Assembly: GCA_009602725.1 (NCBI GenBank)
Contig: WELB01000002.1
Span: 194,021-258,020, forward strand
Direction of reading: 5' to 3'
Origin: Spirogloea muscicola
Lineage: Eukaryota
Length of the DNA: 64,000 nt
The notes beneath the pieces are model-generated. The model did not search any database, was not told where the DNA came from, and saw only the letters and a program-made list of their open reading frames with translations. Position 1 is the stretch's first letter; every line of letters starts with the position of its first letter. Shown in pieces: positions 25,401 to 37,989 of the stretch. Both the position numbers and the translations under genes were made by a program.

Positions 25401-28400
25401 ATACAAGAAGAGGGTTGACAGATTAGCCAAGTTGCCATATGATTGAGGGATGGGCCCGCTGAGTCTGTGGAAAAGGTATGAAAGACTGTGAGCAGCATGT
25501 TTACAGGTCTCACAAGCGCGAAGAATGTGATGTACAGTATAATACTTCAGCAAAGCCCCACTGTTTGTGACAGACTTCTACTACTGCAGAACAGAGAATG
25601 AGATGCACCGTGTCTGTCTCATGGTTTCTAACACTGCAGGCTTCGACTGTGAATGACTATGTCTATCTCATTGATCACATTGCACACAAGGGATATTTAC
25701 ATGCCAAATAAGTTTGGACACTGACAGCTGGTCGTGAGATGATTGAAGGAGAGACCTCTGCAAGAGAAATTTCTCTGGCTACATGAGCAATACCTATTTC
25801 CCTGAAGGTTGAGCTCGCCAAGTGCCTTACAGTGACTAAGCTCTGGTGGGAGGCTACCACTTAAGCTGCGCAAGAGACCATGCAATAGCACGGCCGCTTG
25901 AAACATCTGCTTGGCGGTCCTGTGCCCCCTTGGTAGGTTGCTTCAGGTCCACATGCTAGTGTTACATCCAGGCTTAGATTGCAAGGTCTCAATTGCGGTA
26001 CTTCTTGTACTCTGTCAATCAGTAGAGCTAGTCATACCTGTTACCTTGTGCCAAGAGGGAGTACATGCTGGTAAGATTGCCAAATCCAGGCGGAATTGTA
26101 CCAGTAAAGCTGTTGATCAAGCACACTCACCCAAATTAGCTTCTCGAGATGGTACAAGCTGCATGATGATTTAGGGCTGTGCTTGATGTGCAGCATTGTG
26201 ACATAAAATTGAAGAGAAAAGGCGCAGGACTGCGCACCTGTTGTTATTAAGCTCAAGGTTTGTCAGATTCTGGCAATTGCCAATTGCTGGTGGTAGGGAG
26301 CCTGTCAGCCTGTGCACGTACGTGTCGGATCAAATTTCTCCCAGACAACATGCATCAAGCAGACCTCAATATGCCCGGGAGCAGACTTCATGGAAAAGTT
26401 AGACATACTGCTGTGTGCCAGCCACACCGTCACACTACTTTGAGGAGGAGTGCAGTATTGAGAGTACTTGTTGTTGTAGAGGATAAGCTTAGTGAAAGTT
26501 CCACTTATTCCAAGGTCGGCCGGCAGGCTTCCAGATATACTGCATGGCGGCAGCAAGTAGAGATAATATCAGGAGTTGTCATGATCGGTTGGCTTAGACT
26601 TTGACTTCTCTGTGTTGTCGCAGACGACCATCAGTAAATAGCTTGCCACGTTTGTATGTGGTCACTTACCGATTATTCGACATGAAAAGGACCTGTGAAA
26701 GGGACAGGTTTGCCAGTGAAGCGGGGAACTCCCCGCTTAATCTGCAACATGTTGTGAGGCTTGCCACTGAGATGCACAGCAGATTCGCATCGACTCCAAG
26801 AGTGCAATGCAAATGCAACTCTCTGAGAACAGCGAATCCAATGTGGCCAGCCTACTACTGATTGTCATTGACATAGAGATTGGTGAGACTGGCGCAGTTT
26901 CCCAACTCCGATGGTGAAGGACCAGTAAGGCTGCGTCGCAACGAAGAGCTTCAACAACCGTCCACCTTCCCTATAGCTTCGTGCCCGATGACCACTTCAG
27001 CAATCAGACAAACTCATAATTATATTGATGTTGTCAAGCTCACTGTGTCTCAAAGACACTCAGTGCAATGATGCCTTGACGCACTACGCACGGCACAATT
27101 CTGCTAGGACTGTCTTACTCATACTTACTTATTGTTCCCCAAATTTAGAATACTCAACATTCGAAGGTTGCCAATGCTTGAAGGTATGACTCCCGTCAAT
27201 CTGAACGCAAGCCAATTGCAGGGCATCGGCATACGTGCCACCTGGTCCTCGAATGCCTTGCTTTGAACCTTGATACATGCTATATTGAGCATGCCACATA
27301 GTCGCATACACTGCTCAGAGCAATGTGAGCGCTGACTTGTTGTTGGATGCATCAAAGCTTGATAGCGATGTGCAGTTCCCGATCATCGCAGGGATGCTTC
27401 CTGTAAGTCTGTTGATGTCATTGAGAAAAGGACAATCAGTCTGCCAATAAACTCAGGTGGCAGGGGACCTGACAAACTGCAGCGGCAATTCAAGGCCGCC
27501 CTCAGCTTGACGTGACCTGAGTATGAGTGTACTTATCAGCACCCCAGCAACAGGAGCAAAGCACTGCGGCATAACAGATGCTGCATGAGAGGTGGAAGTC
27601 TATGTGGCTCCTTCCCTGTTGCAGTGTCTGTTAATAATCAGTCCAAGAGGAAGGTGGCAATATGACTGACCTACAATACGAGGCGTAGAAGTACTGCAAT
27701 TTTTGCAGCTTGCCAATTGAGCTTGGAATCCGACCAGAAAAGCTGCAACAGTTCATCCGGTTCTCATTAGAAGCCTTTCACAACATCCATTCAGAGTCTT
27801 CAGTCTTTGCAGTGAGTAACTATAGAGGGTAGAACCTGGATGACAAAGGGAAGGAAGAGCACGTGGCTTCACCTGTTGAAACTCACATATAACGAAGTGA
27901 GGAGTGTGCAGTCCCCTAGTGTTGCTGGAAGTGGGCCCGAAAACCTTGGCCAAGAAGGAGTCTTATTGACGGGTTAACAAATCGATTAGCAAGGGCACAG
28001 GACTCTGCGCACCGGTTTTTAATAAGCTCAAGGTTCGTCAGATTCTGGCAATTGACAACTGCTGATGGCAGGGAGCCTGTCAGCCTGTTCAGGTATGTGT
28101 CAGGTCAACTTTCTCCCAGACAACATGCAATAAGAAGACCTCAATATGTACGGGAGCGGTCTTAATGGAGAAGTTAGACATACTGCTGTGTGCCAGCCAC
28201 ACCGTCAGACTAGTTTGGAGAGGAGTACAGTGTTGAGAGTACCTGTTGTTGTGGAGGCTAAGCTCAGTGAGAGTTCCACTCATTCCAAACTCGGCGGGCA
28301 GGCTTCCAGATATGCTGCATGGCGGCAGCAAGGAGAAGTGACGTCAGGGTTTGTTCATAATTGGTTGGCTTGGACTTTGACTTCTCTGTGTTGTTGCAGA

Positions 28401-31400
28401 CGACCATCAGTGAATAGCTTGCCACGTTTGTATGCGGCACTTACCGATTATTCGATATGTCAAGGACCTGTAGAAGGGACAGGTTTGCCAGTGAAGCGGG
28501 GAACTCCCCGCTCAATCTGCAACATGTTGTAAGGCTTGCCATTGAGATGCACAGCAGAGTCGTATCAACCTCGACGAAACAATGCAACGCAACTCTGTGA
28601 GAGCAGCGACTCCAATGTGGCCAGCACTCTGGCTCTTATGTGCACAAATAGCAGTCAGCTCCCTCATGAACTGGGAGCTTGTTGCACGAGCTGCCCTGCA
28701 CGTAGGGACAGCAGAGCAGGCCTACATGCCTGACACTTGGGCAAAAGGAATATTGGAGCTTACTGGTTGTCATTGACATAGAGACTGGTGAGACTGGCGC
28801 AGTTTCCCAACTCCGATGGTAAAGGACCAGTAAGGCTGCGTGGCAACAAAGAGCTTCAACAACTGTCCACCTTCTCCATAGCTTCGTGACCGACGACCAC
28901 TTCATCAATCAGACACACTCGCATTTGAGTTGATGTCGTCAAGCTCACTGTGTCTTAAAGACACTCCTTGCAATGATGCCTTGATGCGCTACGCACGGCA
29001 CAACTCTGCTAGGAGTGTCTTGCTCATACTCACTTATTGTTACACACTCCTAACGTACTCAACAATTGAAGGTTGCCAATGATCGAAGGTATGACTCCCG
29101 TCAATCTGGATGCAAGACAACCACGGGGCATTGGCATACGTGCCACTTGGTCCATGAATGAGTTGCCTTGAACTTGATGATGATGCCTTGATGCGCCACG
29201 CACTGCTAGGAGTGTCTTGCTCATACTTACGTATTGTTCCCCAATTCTAACGAACTCAACACTCGAAGGTTGCCAATGCTTGAAGGAATGACTCCCGTCA
29301 ATCTGAATGCAAGACAACTGGAGGGCATTGGCATACGTGCCACCTGGTCCATGAAAGCCTTGCCTTTGAATTTGGACACGTGCAATATTGAGCACGCCAC
29401 AAAGTCTCATATACTGCTCAGAGGAATGTGAGAGCTGACTTGTTATTGGATGCATCCAAGCTTAACAGCGATATGCAGTTCCCGATCGTGGCAGGAATGT
29501 TTCCTGTAAGTCTGTTGATGTCATTGAGAAAGGGACAATCAGTCTGCCAATAAACTCAGGTGGCAGGGGACCTGACAAACTGCAGCAGCAATTCAAGGCC
29601 GCCCTCAGCTTGACCTGACCTGAGTATGAGTGTACTTATAAACACTCCAGCAACAGGAGCAAAGCACTGCGGCAATACAGGTGCAGCATGAGAAGCGGAA
29701 GTCAATGTGGCTCCTTCCCTCTAGCAGTGCCTGTCAGTGATCAATCCAAGAGGCAGGTGGCGATATGACTGACCTACAATCCGAGGCGAAGAAGTTCTGC
29801 AAATTTTGCAGGTTGCCGATTGAGCTTGGAATCTGTCCAAAAAACCTGCACCACATTTATCCGATTCTCATTGAAGCCTTTCACAACATCCATTCACAAT
29901 TTTCAATCTTCGAAGTATTGAAATTTAGAGGGTGAAACCTAGAAGTCGAAGGGTACGTGGCCTCACTTGTTGTAACTCAAATATAACGTGGTGAGGAGTG
30001 TGCAGTCCCCTATTGTTGCTGGAAGTGGGCCCGAAAACCTTGGCAAAGAAGGAGTCACATTGACGGAGTCACAAATTGCCATGGCGATACATGAGAGCAA
30101 TGCAACCTCTTCAAATTAGCAGTAAGTAGCAGCATGAGAAGGGTGGGAACAATGACAACCAGCCCATGTGACCTCACCCATTGTACCCGAGGAAGAGACC
30201 AATCAATCGGTTACCGGGGCCACATAGTTCAGGAGGAAGTATGCCTTCCAACCTGAAGGGAGCATGTCATTAGCAGATGGCATTTGCTACCGAACGTTGG
30301 ATCCAGCTGCTTTCTTTTAGGCTGCAGGATGCATACTCTCACTGTATATGACATCTGCTACTACAGGGAACTTCAGCTGACGACATCCTTAATCTTGGGA
30401 AAATGCATCTACAGAGGTCTATCAGAAACATACGCATTATTGCTGAGGCTCAAATAGATCAGGGAGATCCTTCCCAGTTCAGCAGGTATGGTGCCTGTCA
30501 GGCTGCAATATACAGAAGAAATCATCACTTAAGATGGCACAGCAACACTCATATGGCACCGCGCTTGCGGCATCTGCACCATAAGGGGCTTCAGGGTCTT
30601 GGCAATGCCAATGATAGCGTGGTCTGCCTGTGCTAGATCAGATAGTGCAACCAAGAGTTCAGCTTGTTCTGCAAGAAAGGTTGCGTACTTGTTATTGTGT
30701 GCAAAGAAGCCCGTGAGATTGACTAACTGACCAAACTCCTTTGGAATAGGTCCTGTCAGACTAGGAATCCACAGTGCCACACAAGCAAATACGTCACACC
30801 TGCAGCCCCAGGAAGCAAAGAGTGCAGCAAGCTGGCAACAAGACTGGCAACTTGATTTACAATGGCTAACAATCTGCAAGCAATAACCTGTTGTTGTAGA
30901 CATTGAGGAACTCAATTCCGGGTCATCGCAAGCTCCACAGGCATGGCCCCAACAAACCTAGACCAGCGTCAAGCAATGCCAAAGAGCAACTCTTACAAAG
31001 GAAGCCAAGGAGATAACACCAGAAAAGTAGTGTAGCTAAAATGTTGTGATCATCCTTTTCTACCAAGATGAATGCTGCAAAGCCACCAGTCCATGCGGAG
31101 TAAGCAGAGTGACCAACAGTCTTTTATGCTCTGCAGCACACCTGTTGAAGGAGACGTCGAGAGCAAGGAGCTGCGAGCAATTTCCGAGCGCAGATGGTAT
31201 GCTTCCTGACAGCCTGGACAGGAAGGATAGTCACCAATATATGTAAGCCACCGTGAGCATGCAGTGTATCCAAAGTGACCACTGGTCTTCCATGCTCTAC
31301 ATCGCACCTATTTGAGGAGATGTTTAAAACAAGGAGCTGCGAGCAATTTCCGAGCGCGAATGGTATGCTTCCTGATAGCCTGGACAGAAAGGATAGTCAC

Positions 31401-33449
31401 CAATATTTGCAAGAAGTGTTACAGGTGATGGCAGTAAGATGCAAGTTGCATGTCCTTAATCCCTGCATGCCTTCCACGTCATTGCTGACGACAACAAAGT
31501 GCAATGGAGTAGGTGCAGCAGAAAAACTTAAATTGCTGGAGAGATGACAACACCAACGCAACATATCACATTTGTCGGCTCTTCACAAGGCAGATGTCTG
31601 ACGGCATAAAGAGGCCCCAACCTTGAGGGCAACCTCAGGATGTGCCTTCCATTGACAAGTATACTTACTGATTGTCTGCGAGTGACAAATACTGGAGGAC
31701 CTGGTTTTGGCCAAGCTGAGAAGGAATATGTCCTGTGAGCCTGATATCAAGAGCAGAGACTTCTCTTGAGCAACCAGCCAGCTGGTTGCTCTACTGGGCA
31801 CTTGTCCCGTGAGGCTGCACATTTGGCCTTGTCAGAACCCAATCCAGGAAGTGGACGCGGCATGAGCATAGGGCAGTATGTCCACCACAACTTCCAAAAT
31901 CTCATCTTCAAATTACGAACAAGGTTCTACAGGGACCTGTTGCTTGTCAAGTACAACGCCTCCAGGAGCGGAAGCCCAGCAAGACCGAGAGGTATGGCTC
32001 CTGTCAACCTGCACAACGACAGGTGGCGATGCGGTCGCTCCCTAAATCGTTAATGCAAGCATTAAGGCCATTGGACCCGGCTGCAAGAACCTTGACAGTT
32101 GATGAAGCTTCATAGCAGCTTGACTTCATAGCACTGCCAGGCTCAACTGAGGCTTCAGAAGCTTGTCGAGCTTTAGCGCTAAAGGTTGGCAATTGATAAT
32201 CATGCAGAGCAAACTGGCTGTTGTTGTCAGATTGCGAACAAGGTGTCTCCAGCATGCGTAGTTGGTGTGCGCCCAGTAAATGTTACTGTAAAGGTAGAGG
32301 CCCCGGATGGCAGAGAGGTTCCCGAGCTCCTCTGGTAGGGAACATCACTTTGAACGCAGGCCCCCCAGGAGATGTGAGATGGAGAAAGGATGGAGACTCA
32401 CTTTTGTAAAAAATAAACTTAGATGCAAATCGAGCAACTTACGCATACTAACCTGTTATTTCCGAGGAAGAGGACTCGAAGATAAGGGAGGCTGCCCAGC
32501 GCCGCTGGGATGGGGCCCGTGAGCAGATTGTCATTTAAGAATATGTAGTGCAGGCTGTCAATGTTGCCGAGCTCCGCTGCAAGCGTGCCGTCCAGTTGCA
32601 CATGAGATACATTGAGCCCAATCACTTGCCTGCACGTAGACACAAGTGGCCAGCTGTGCAGGAAGCTGAGCTCACTGAAGTCTTCACCCCAAGCAGAGCA
32701 TCCCAATGAGCTTGCTACGACGCTGCTGTCATCACAAACCCTTCGCCGAGCAACCGCAGGCAGCCGCTGCGGTCGGTCCTGGCCGGAGGCTGCAAAGGCT
32801 GCGCCCCTTGCATGGCCACGACCACAACAGCAGCTGCCGCCAGGGCTACCAAGCTTGTGCCGGTCGCTTGACATGTAGCAATGCCAGCTCGCTCATGTAC
32901 TGGGCAGTGGTCAAAGGTCTTGCCTGCGGCCGCCTGCCGTGGCATGGCACTTGACACCGTACCAGCCGCATGGCGTGTGGTGGGTTGGCCGCCAATTGGC
33001 AAGCGCGCCAAATGGGTCTCTGGTTATGCCGGCCTTGAAGGCCAGCAGCCAGGCCTTGTCGGACCTGCGCGCAAGGAACGATGGCAGTCAGCGGGCAGGG
33101 ATGTATGTTGGCCACACACCTCAGCCATGGCGCTGTGGTGCACTTCGCCACAGAAGCCCAGCGGCGAATGCGCAGATGCAGGGAGGACTCGCAAGAGCAA
33201 TCTGGTAGCGGTTCAGGACTAGCAATGCCGTAATGGAGCGGGGGGTAACAAGAATGCGGCTGCTGATAGTAGAAGACCGGCAGTAGAAGCCAGCCAGGTG
33301 CATACAGGGGGTAAGAGGGTAGGAGCGTAAGAAGAAAGACAGAGCGTAAGAGGGATGACTGCTCACGTGAGGTCCCCAGCCGAAATGCTGACACATTTCA
33401 GCAGAGCGACGGCGATAAGGAGTGCAGCGGCGGCTGCAGTGGCCGCCAT
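22429..33449 (-). CDS. LRR-RLK paralog C, full architecture; two apparent frameshifts (possible pseudogene or sequence errors)
   Basis: Exon 1 33367-33449 (MAATAAAAALLIAVALLKCVSISAGDLT). LRRNT 32924-33064. Exon ~32452-32628. About 31 single-LRR exons (24626-32007). Large exon 23587-24497. Kinase exons 22996-23459 (AVKKL, HRDVKPRN, DFGLAR) and 22429-22826 (GTVGYIGPDY..KRPVDPFF..ERPTM). Frameshifts: -1 at ~24450, +1 at ~30917. Confidence 0.88.
26220..30075 (-). repeat. Intragenic tandem duplication of an 8-LRR-exon block in gene C
   Basis: ~26220-27975 and ~27990-30075 carry the same exon series and homologous introns; copy 2 has an extra single-exon duplication (29034 and 29231). Confidence 0.9.
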
Positions 33450-33749
33450 GCTCGACGACTGCGGCTACGCAGGCTGTGCTGCCAGCAGCCGGCAGCTGGG
33501 CAGAGGTGCTGCCGGGCCTCGCCACGGCGGGGCCGCTAGTGCTTCGCCCAGGCGGCGGCGAGGGATCCGGTGTCGGCGAGCGTGGTGCGCGTCAAGCGGG
33601 GGGAGAGAAGCTTTCCGAGAAAAGACAAAGCCAAAGGCGAAGAAAAGTCGGAGAAGAAGAGGAAAAAGGGAGAGGAAGCTCTTTCAAGTGGACGAGGGCC
33701 GTGAGAAGAAAGAGAGAAAAGCGCGGCCGAATTGAAAGAAAGGCACAGC

Positions 33750-35090
33750 CATTCCGAAGGTCGCTTCCATTCTTTCTATCGGGCTGACCAATCACAGCCA
33801 TCGCCCACTATTGGAATAGTTCTTCATCAATGGAAGGCAATGGTTGTAAAACGTAGATCTTCCAAGGGGGGCAAGGGCTGTTAAAATAGGAAAAATAGTG
33901 GCTGTCCCATAAGAAGGCAAAGTGGCTCTTCAGGGGGCAGGGGCTGTGAACAGCCAGCCCGGCAAGTATAGGTCCGAAGGGGCCAAAACTCGCTTCCCCA
34001 AGAAAGTGGCTATCCCAAGGCTGTTCCGGTAGGAAAATCAGGTTGTGGAAAAAGTGGCTCTCCAGAGGGGGCAAGGGCTGCGAACAATTCCCTTTGACGA
34101 AAGCCAGAGTCTGCAGCTAGAGCGAAGCCAGAGATTCCTGTAGAGGGGCTGTGATTGGCCAGCCCAGATTTAGAAATTTCGAAGAGGCCAGAAAAGATAA
34201 GGGCGACTCAAGTGGCCACTGGGTGCTCAGTATCCCCTGTTGCTTTTCTCTGGCCCCTTCGAATTTTCTTGAGTATAGTTTCTGGGCTGGCCTACCACCG
34301 CCCTCTCCTGGAAGCGTCTTTCTTCCCAAAGCCACCGCCCTTTCCTGGATGTCATTCTCCTGTCATTCTCCTACACGGGCCGTCCGGCGCTCGGTGGGTC
34401 GAGCTTCTTCACCAGCTCTCGCGCAGCGCGGTCTCCCGCCGGTACCATGGGAGCAGGCTGAACGTCAACGCAACAGGCTCTCTCGCGCAGGTGTGTCGCA
34501 TGCGCCTGTCAGTCTCGCTGCGGTGGTCCATGGCACGCGCGCTGCATCTGCGTGCCGGTCGCGCATTAGCTGCAGCCTCTGGCTTTGTCCAGGGGACCCG
34601 CTACCCAGAGACCAGTTTCTCCGACCTGCGGCTACTTGAGTAGCACTCAAGTAAACACTCAGTAACAGAGGTTACTGAGTGTTTCGTGCTACTTGATTCC
34701 TTGTGTGCTTTAGCTGCTTCTCTGGCCCCTTCGAACTTAATTCGTTCTCTTTCTGGGCTGGCCTGCCGTCTCCTGGAAGCGTCTTCTCTCTCCTGTTGAG
34801 CAGCCGCAAGTTAGGACAACTAGTCTCCGGATTCCAGGAAGCGGAAAGAGCTGGGAGGTGCAAAACGACGAAGCTACTCTTCGTGATATCTACGAATGGA
34901 CTCACAAGGAGAAGGAAGAAGGAAAGGACGTTTCCAGGAGAGGGTGGTGGCTGTGGGAGGCCAGCCCAGTGAAAGAATGAACGAAGCTCGAAGGAAACAG
35001 AGAACACGCTAGAGCACATAGTGAATCAAGTAGTCACGAAACACTCAGTAACCCCTGTTGAGCAGCCACAGGTCGGAAAAAGAAGAAGTG
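33750..35090. mobile_element. Nest of retrotransposon 3' fragments upstream of gene C
   Basis: Repeated AAGTGGCTNTC..GGGGCAAGGGCTG ends (33850-34090), family-B-like ORF end 34370-34643 (+), several GGGCTGG..CCAGCCC motifs. Confidence 0.78.
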
Positions 35091-36835
35091 CTCGCCCATA
35101 AAGGATATGGGCTGAGAACGGCCAGCCCAAAATGAATGAAGAAGGGTCGAAGGGGCAGGGGAAGCGCTAAAAATCCCCATTGCGGCTGCTGATATGAAAG
35201 AATCGGCTGTGAAATGGCAGCCAGATGCATACAGGTGTTCATGACGGAGCCAAAGGCTAGGCTGAAAAAACAGCACAAAAGGAACTAAGCAGCTACGAAA
35301 CACTCAGTTACCCCCTACTAAGCGAGACGGCCAAGCGCATGCGATACACCTGCGCAAGACACCCTGCTGCATGGAAGTCCACCGGCTCCCCATGGAATCG
35401 GCGGGAGATGGCATGGCGCGAGAGCTGGTGGAGCAGCTCGAGCCACCGAGCGCCCAACGCAACGTGGGTGTCGATGGCGAGCTGGACGAATTCGTCTTCC
35501 CGCGGGTAGTCCGCGTACTTCGACTCCTTGGCCTGGGCGGCGCAGGCCACCGCATACCCAGCCTTGGAGGCACATTGCGGGGTGTGCGAGCGGTAGTAGG
35601 AGTCCGTTGTCACCACGTCCAGGAGAAGACGCGGCCCGCCAGCCAGGGGGGTGGCCAAGAGGTCGACGCGACGGGCGTGGAGACCGTCCGCTCGCTGCTG
35701 TAGCGGCATGACCGCGGAATTCTCGACGGCCACCGAGAAGCCGGCCTCCACGAGGATGCCATGCATGGCATCACGGAGGAAATCGTGCGCCGCTGTCGGC
35801 TCCCCACCGAGGGCACAGCGAAGAATATGGGCGGCCAGCTCCCCAGGCTCGGCACCCCGCCCGCCGCATTCGCACTGAAGCACACCCTGGAGGCATGGCG
35901 GCGGCAGACCGAGGAGCCGGTGGACGGCAACTACGGAATACCTCGTCCGGGAGGGTGAGGGCGTCGGTGAGGGAAGGGCCTGGAGCCACGCCGCTGCCTC
36001 CGGGCAAGAGGCCGAGTGGAGTCGTGCGCGCCCCGCGCAGGTCGGCCTCCGGGAGCTGCAAGGCGGTGGCGAAGGCTGCCCTGTCCATCGCGGCCGCGAG
36101 GCGCGCCTGGACGCGCAGGTCGGCGGTGTGCGCGAAGTGCTCGAAGGAGACCGCCTGACCCGCCACATCCGGGTGTGCCGCGTAGCTCCTGGTGGGCTGA
36201 GCGTAGCGACACCTGGAAGGGCAGCACACCCGTGTTCAACTCCACTACCGCCTGCTCCAAGGCACGCTGGCCTGGACCAGGAAGCGCTGGGATGCGGAGG
36301 CGGCTGTCTGCGCCCAGCTGCCCAGGTACGCCGTCCTGCAGGAACGGACGAGCGGGCGAAGGCCAAGACCGCCGTAGCCTAGGGGCAGCGTTGCCTGGTG
36401 AAGAGCGGCAGGCGACTGGGGGAATTTCAGGTGGCGGACCAGGGCCGCCAGGCTCGCCACTATGCCTGCGTCGAATCCAGCGTACGCCGCCAGCGCCTCT
36501 GGGGACGGCGGGGTGAGCCGCGCCAGGTACTGGAGCCTCTGCGCAATGGCCTTCGTCAGCATGGCCAAAGCCAGCTGCATATCCTGCAGCTCGGGGAGTC
36601 GGGCCGCAGGCTGGAGGTGCTCCTCGAGTCGGGCACGTAGCTGCCATTCCAGGAAATTTGGTGCGCCTAGGAGGACCCCCAGGAGGGTGAAGCCGTCTGC
36701 AGGAGTCAAGCACCCGGGGGGCAGCGCCAGGGTGGATGGGAGGCCGCAGGGGGACCAAGCCGCGCACTTCTCCGCCTGGGTGGACAGGCCGAGGGTGGCC
36801 AGCTGCTGCTCGAAGGTGACGAAGGCCGCCGCCAG
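35085..36835 (-). mobile_element. 5'-truncated, frameshifted CRE-like element (family B)
   Basis: Overlapping ORFs 36245-36709 and 35308-36366 give TPADGFTLLGV, GGLGLRP, CECG..HILRC, HDFLRD, RRVDL..LLDVV, close to the 46784-48973 element; 3' stem-loop at ~35085-35135. Confidence 0.88.
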
Positions 36836-37186
36836 AGGAAGAAGCTCTTCCCCAGAGGGTAATGGCAGTGAGAGCCGCTTCTCTCATGTTATGAGCAGAA
36901 GTGGCTCTCCCTGAGAAGGTGACCTCTTTCTGGGCAAACAGAACGCGGCTGCTGCTCTTCCGTAGAAGGGGGCGAGGGCTGTGAAAGGCCAGCCCAGAGG
37001 CTGTGAGCAAAATTTTCAAGAATGGGGCGATGGCTGTAAGAGGCCAGCCCTGCTGATATTTGGGAGCGGCTGGGGGTTTTAAGGGCCACGCGCGGGCATC
37101 GGCACTCGTTCATATTTGCGCGGAAGAGCGTGGGGTCCACAGGCGTGGCCAAGCTTGGACCACGGCGCTACGCGCGCACCAGAGGA

Positions 37187-37850
37187 AGAAAGTGCTCGCC
37201 CATTGAGGATAGGGGCTGGGAAAGCCAGCCCAAATAAGAATGAACAAAGTACGTGGAGGGGGCCAGGGGAAGCGCTAAGAAAAACAAGCACAAGAAGAAA
37301 CAAAGCAGCTACGAATCACTCAGTAACCCCTGCTAAGCAGCCGCAGATTGGAGATGCTAGGCTCCTGGAAGTGGGTCCCCTGGCCAGAGCCAGAGGCAGC
37401 AGCCAGGGCTCTACTGGCACGAAGGTGCAGCGCGCGGGTCATAGACCTCTGCAGCGAGACGGCCAGGCGCATGCGGTATACTTGCGCCAGTGACTCAGCT
37501 GCAGGGAAGTCCACCGGCTACCCATGGAAGCGACGGGCGATGGCGTGGCGGGCAAGCTGGTTGAGCAACTCGAGCCACTGAGCGCCCAGCGCCCCATGAG
37601 TGTCAATTGCCAACGGGAAGAAGTCGTCTTTCGGCGGATGGTCGGCGTACTTGAGCTCTTTTGCCCGAGCAGCGGAGGCGACCGCATACCCAGCCTTGGT
37701 AGCACATTGGGCTGGGTGTGCGCGGTCGTATGCGTCGGTGGTCACCACGTCCAGGAGAAGACGTGGCCCGCGGGCCGCCGGCCGCCGGCCCGCCGACCAG
37801 AAGAAAGAGCTCGCCCATTGAGGATAGGGGCTGGAACAGCCAGCCCAAAA
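37187..37850 (-). mobile_element. Composite family-B insertion (two 3' ends) flanked by a 7-bp TSD
   Basis: CAGAGGA at 37180-37186 and 37851-37857. Interior is a ~50-nt 3' terminus, a GC-rich linker and a ~580-nt 3' fragment whose ORF ends SNLRLLSRGY* followed by its UTR. Confidence 0.82.
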
Positions 37851-37989
37851 CAGAGGAGGACAACTGATGTCGCTCATCCGCCCCAAGCCGGGCCGTCGTG
37901 CACTGTTAGCTTTGCGCTTAAGGCAATGACGCACTTCATGAGGTTTATCCGAGACGCGTCAATTGCTGGTTGAAAACTTATTCCAAAGC

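Noticed and set aside
22429..33449. Assigning a gene symbol (ERECTA, EMS1, FEI, GSO1)
   Set aside because: Motif resemblance is partial and mixed; orthology needs a phylogeny.
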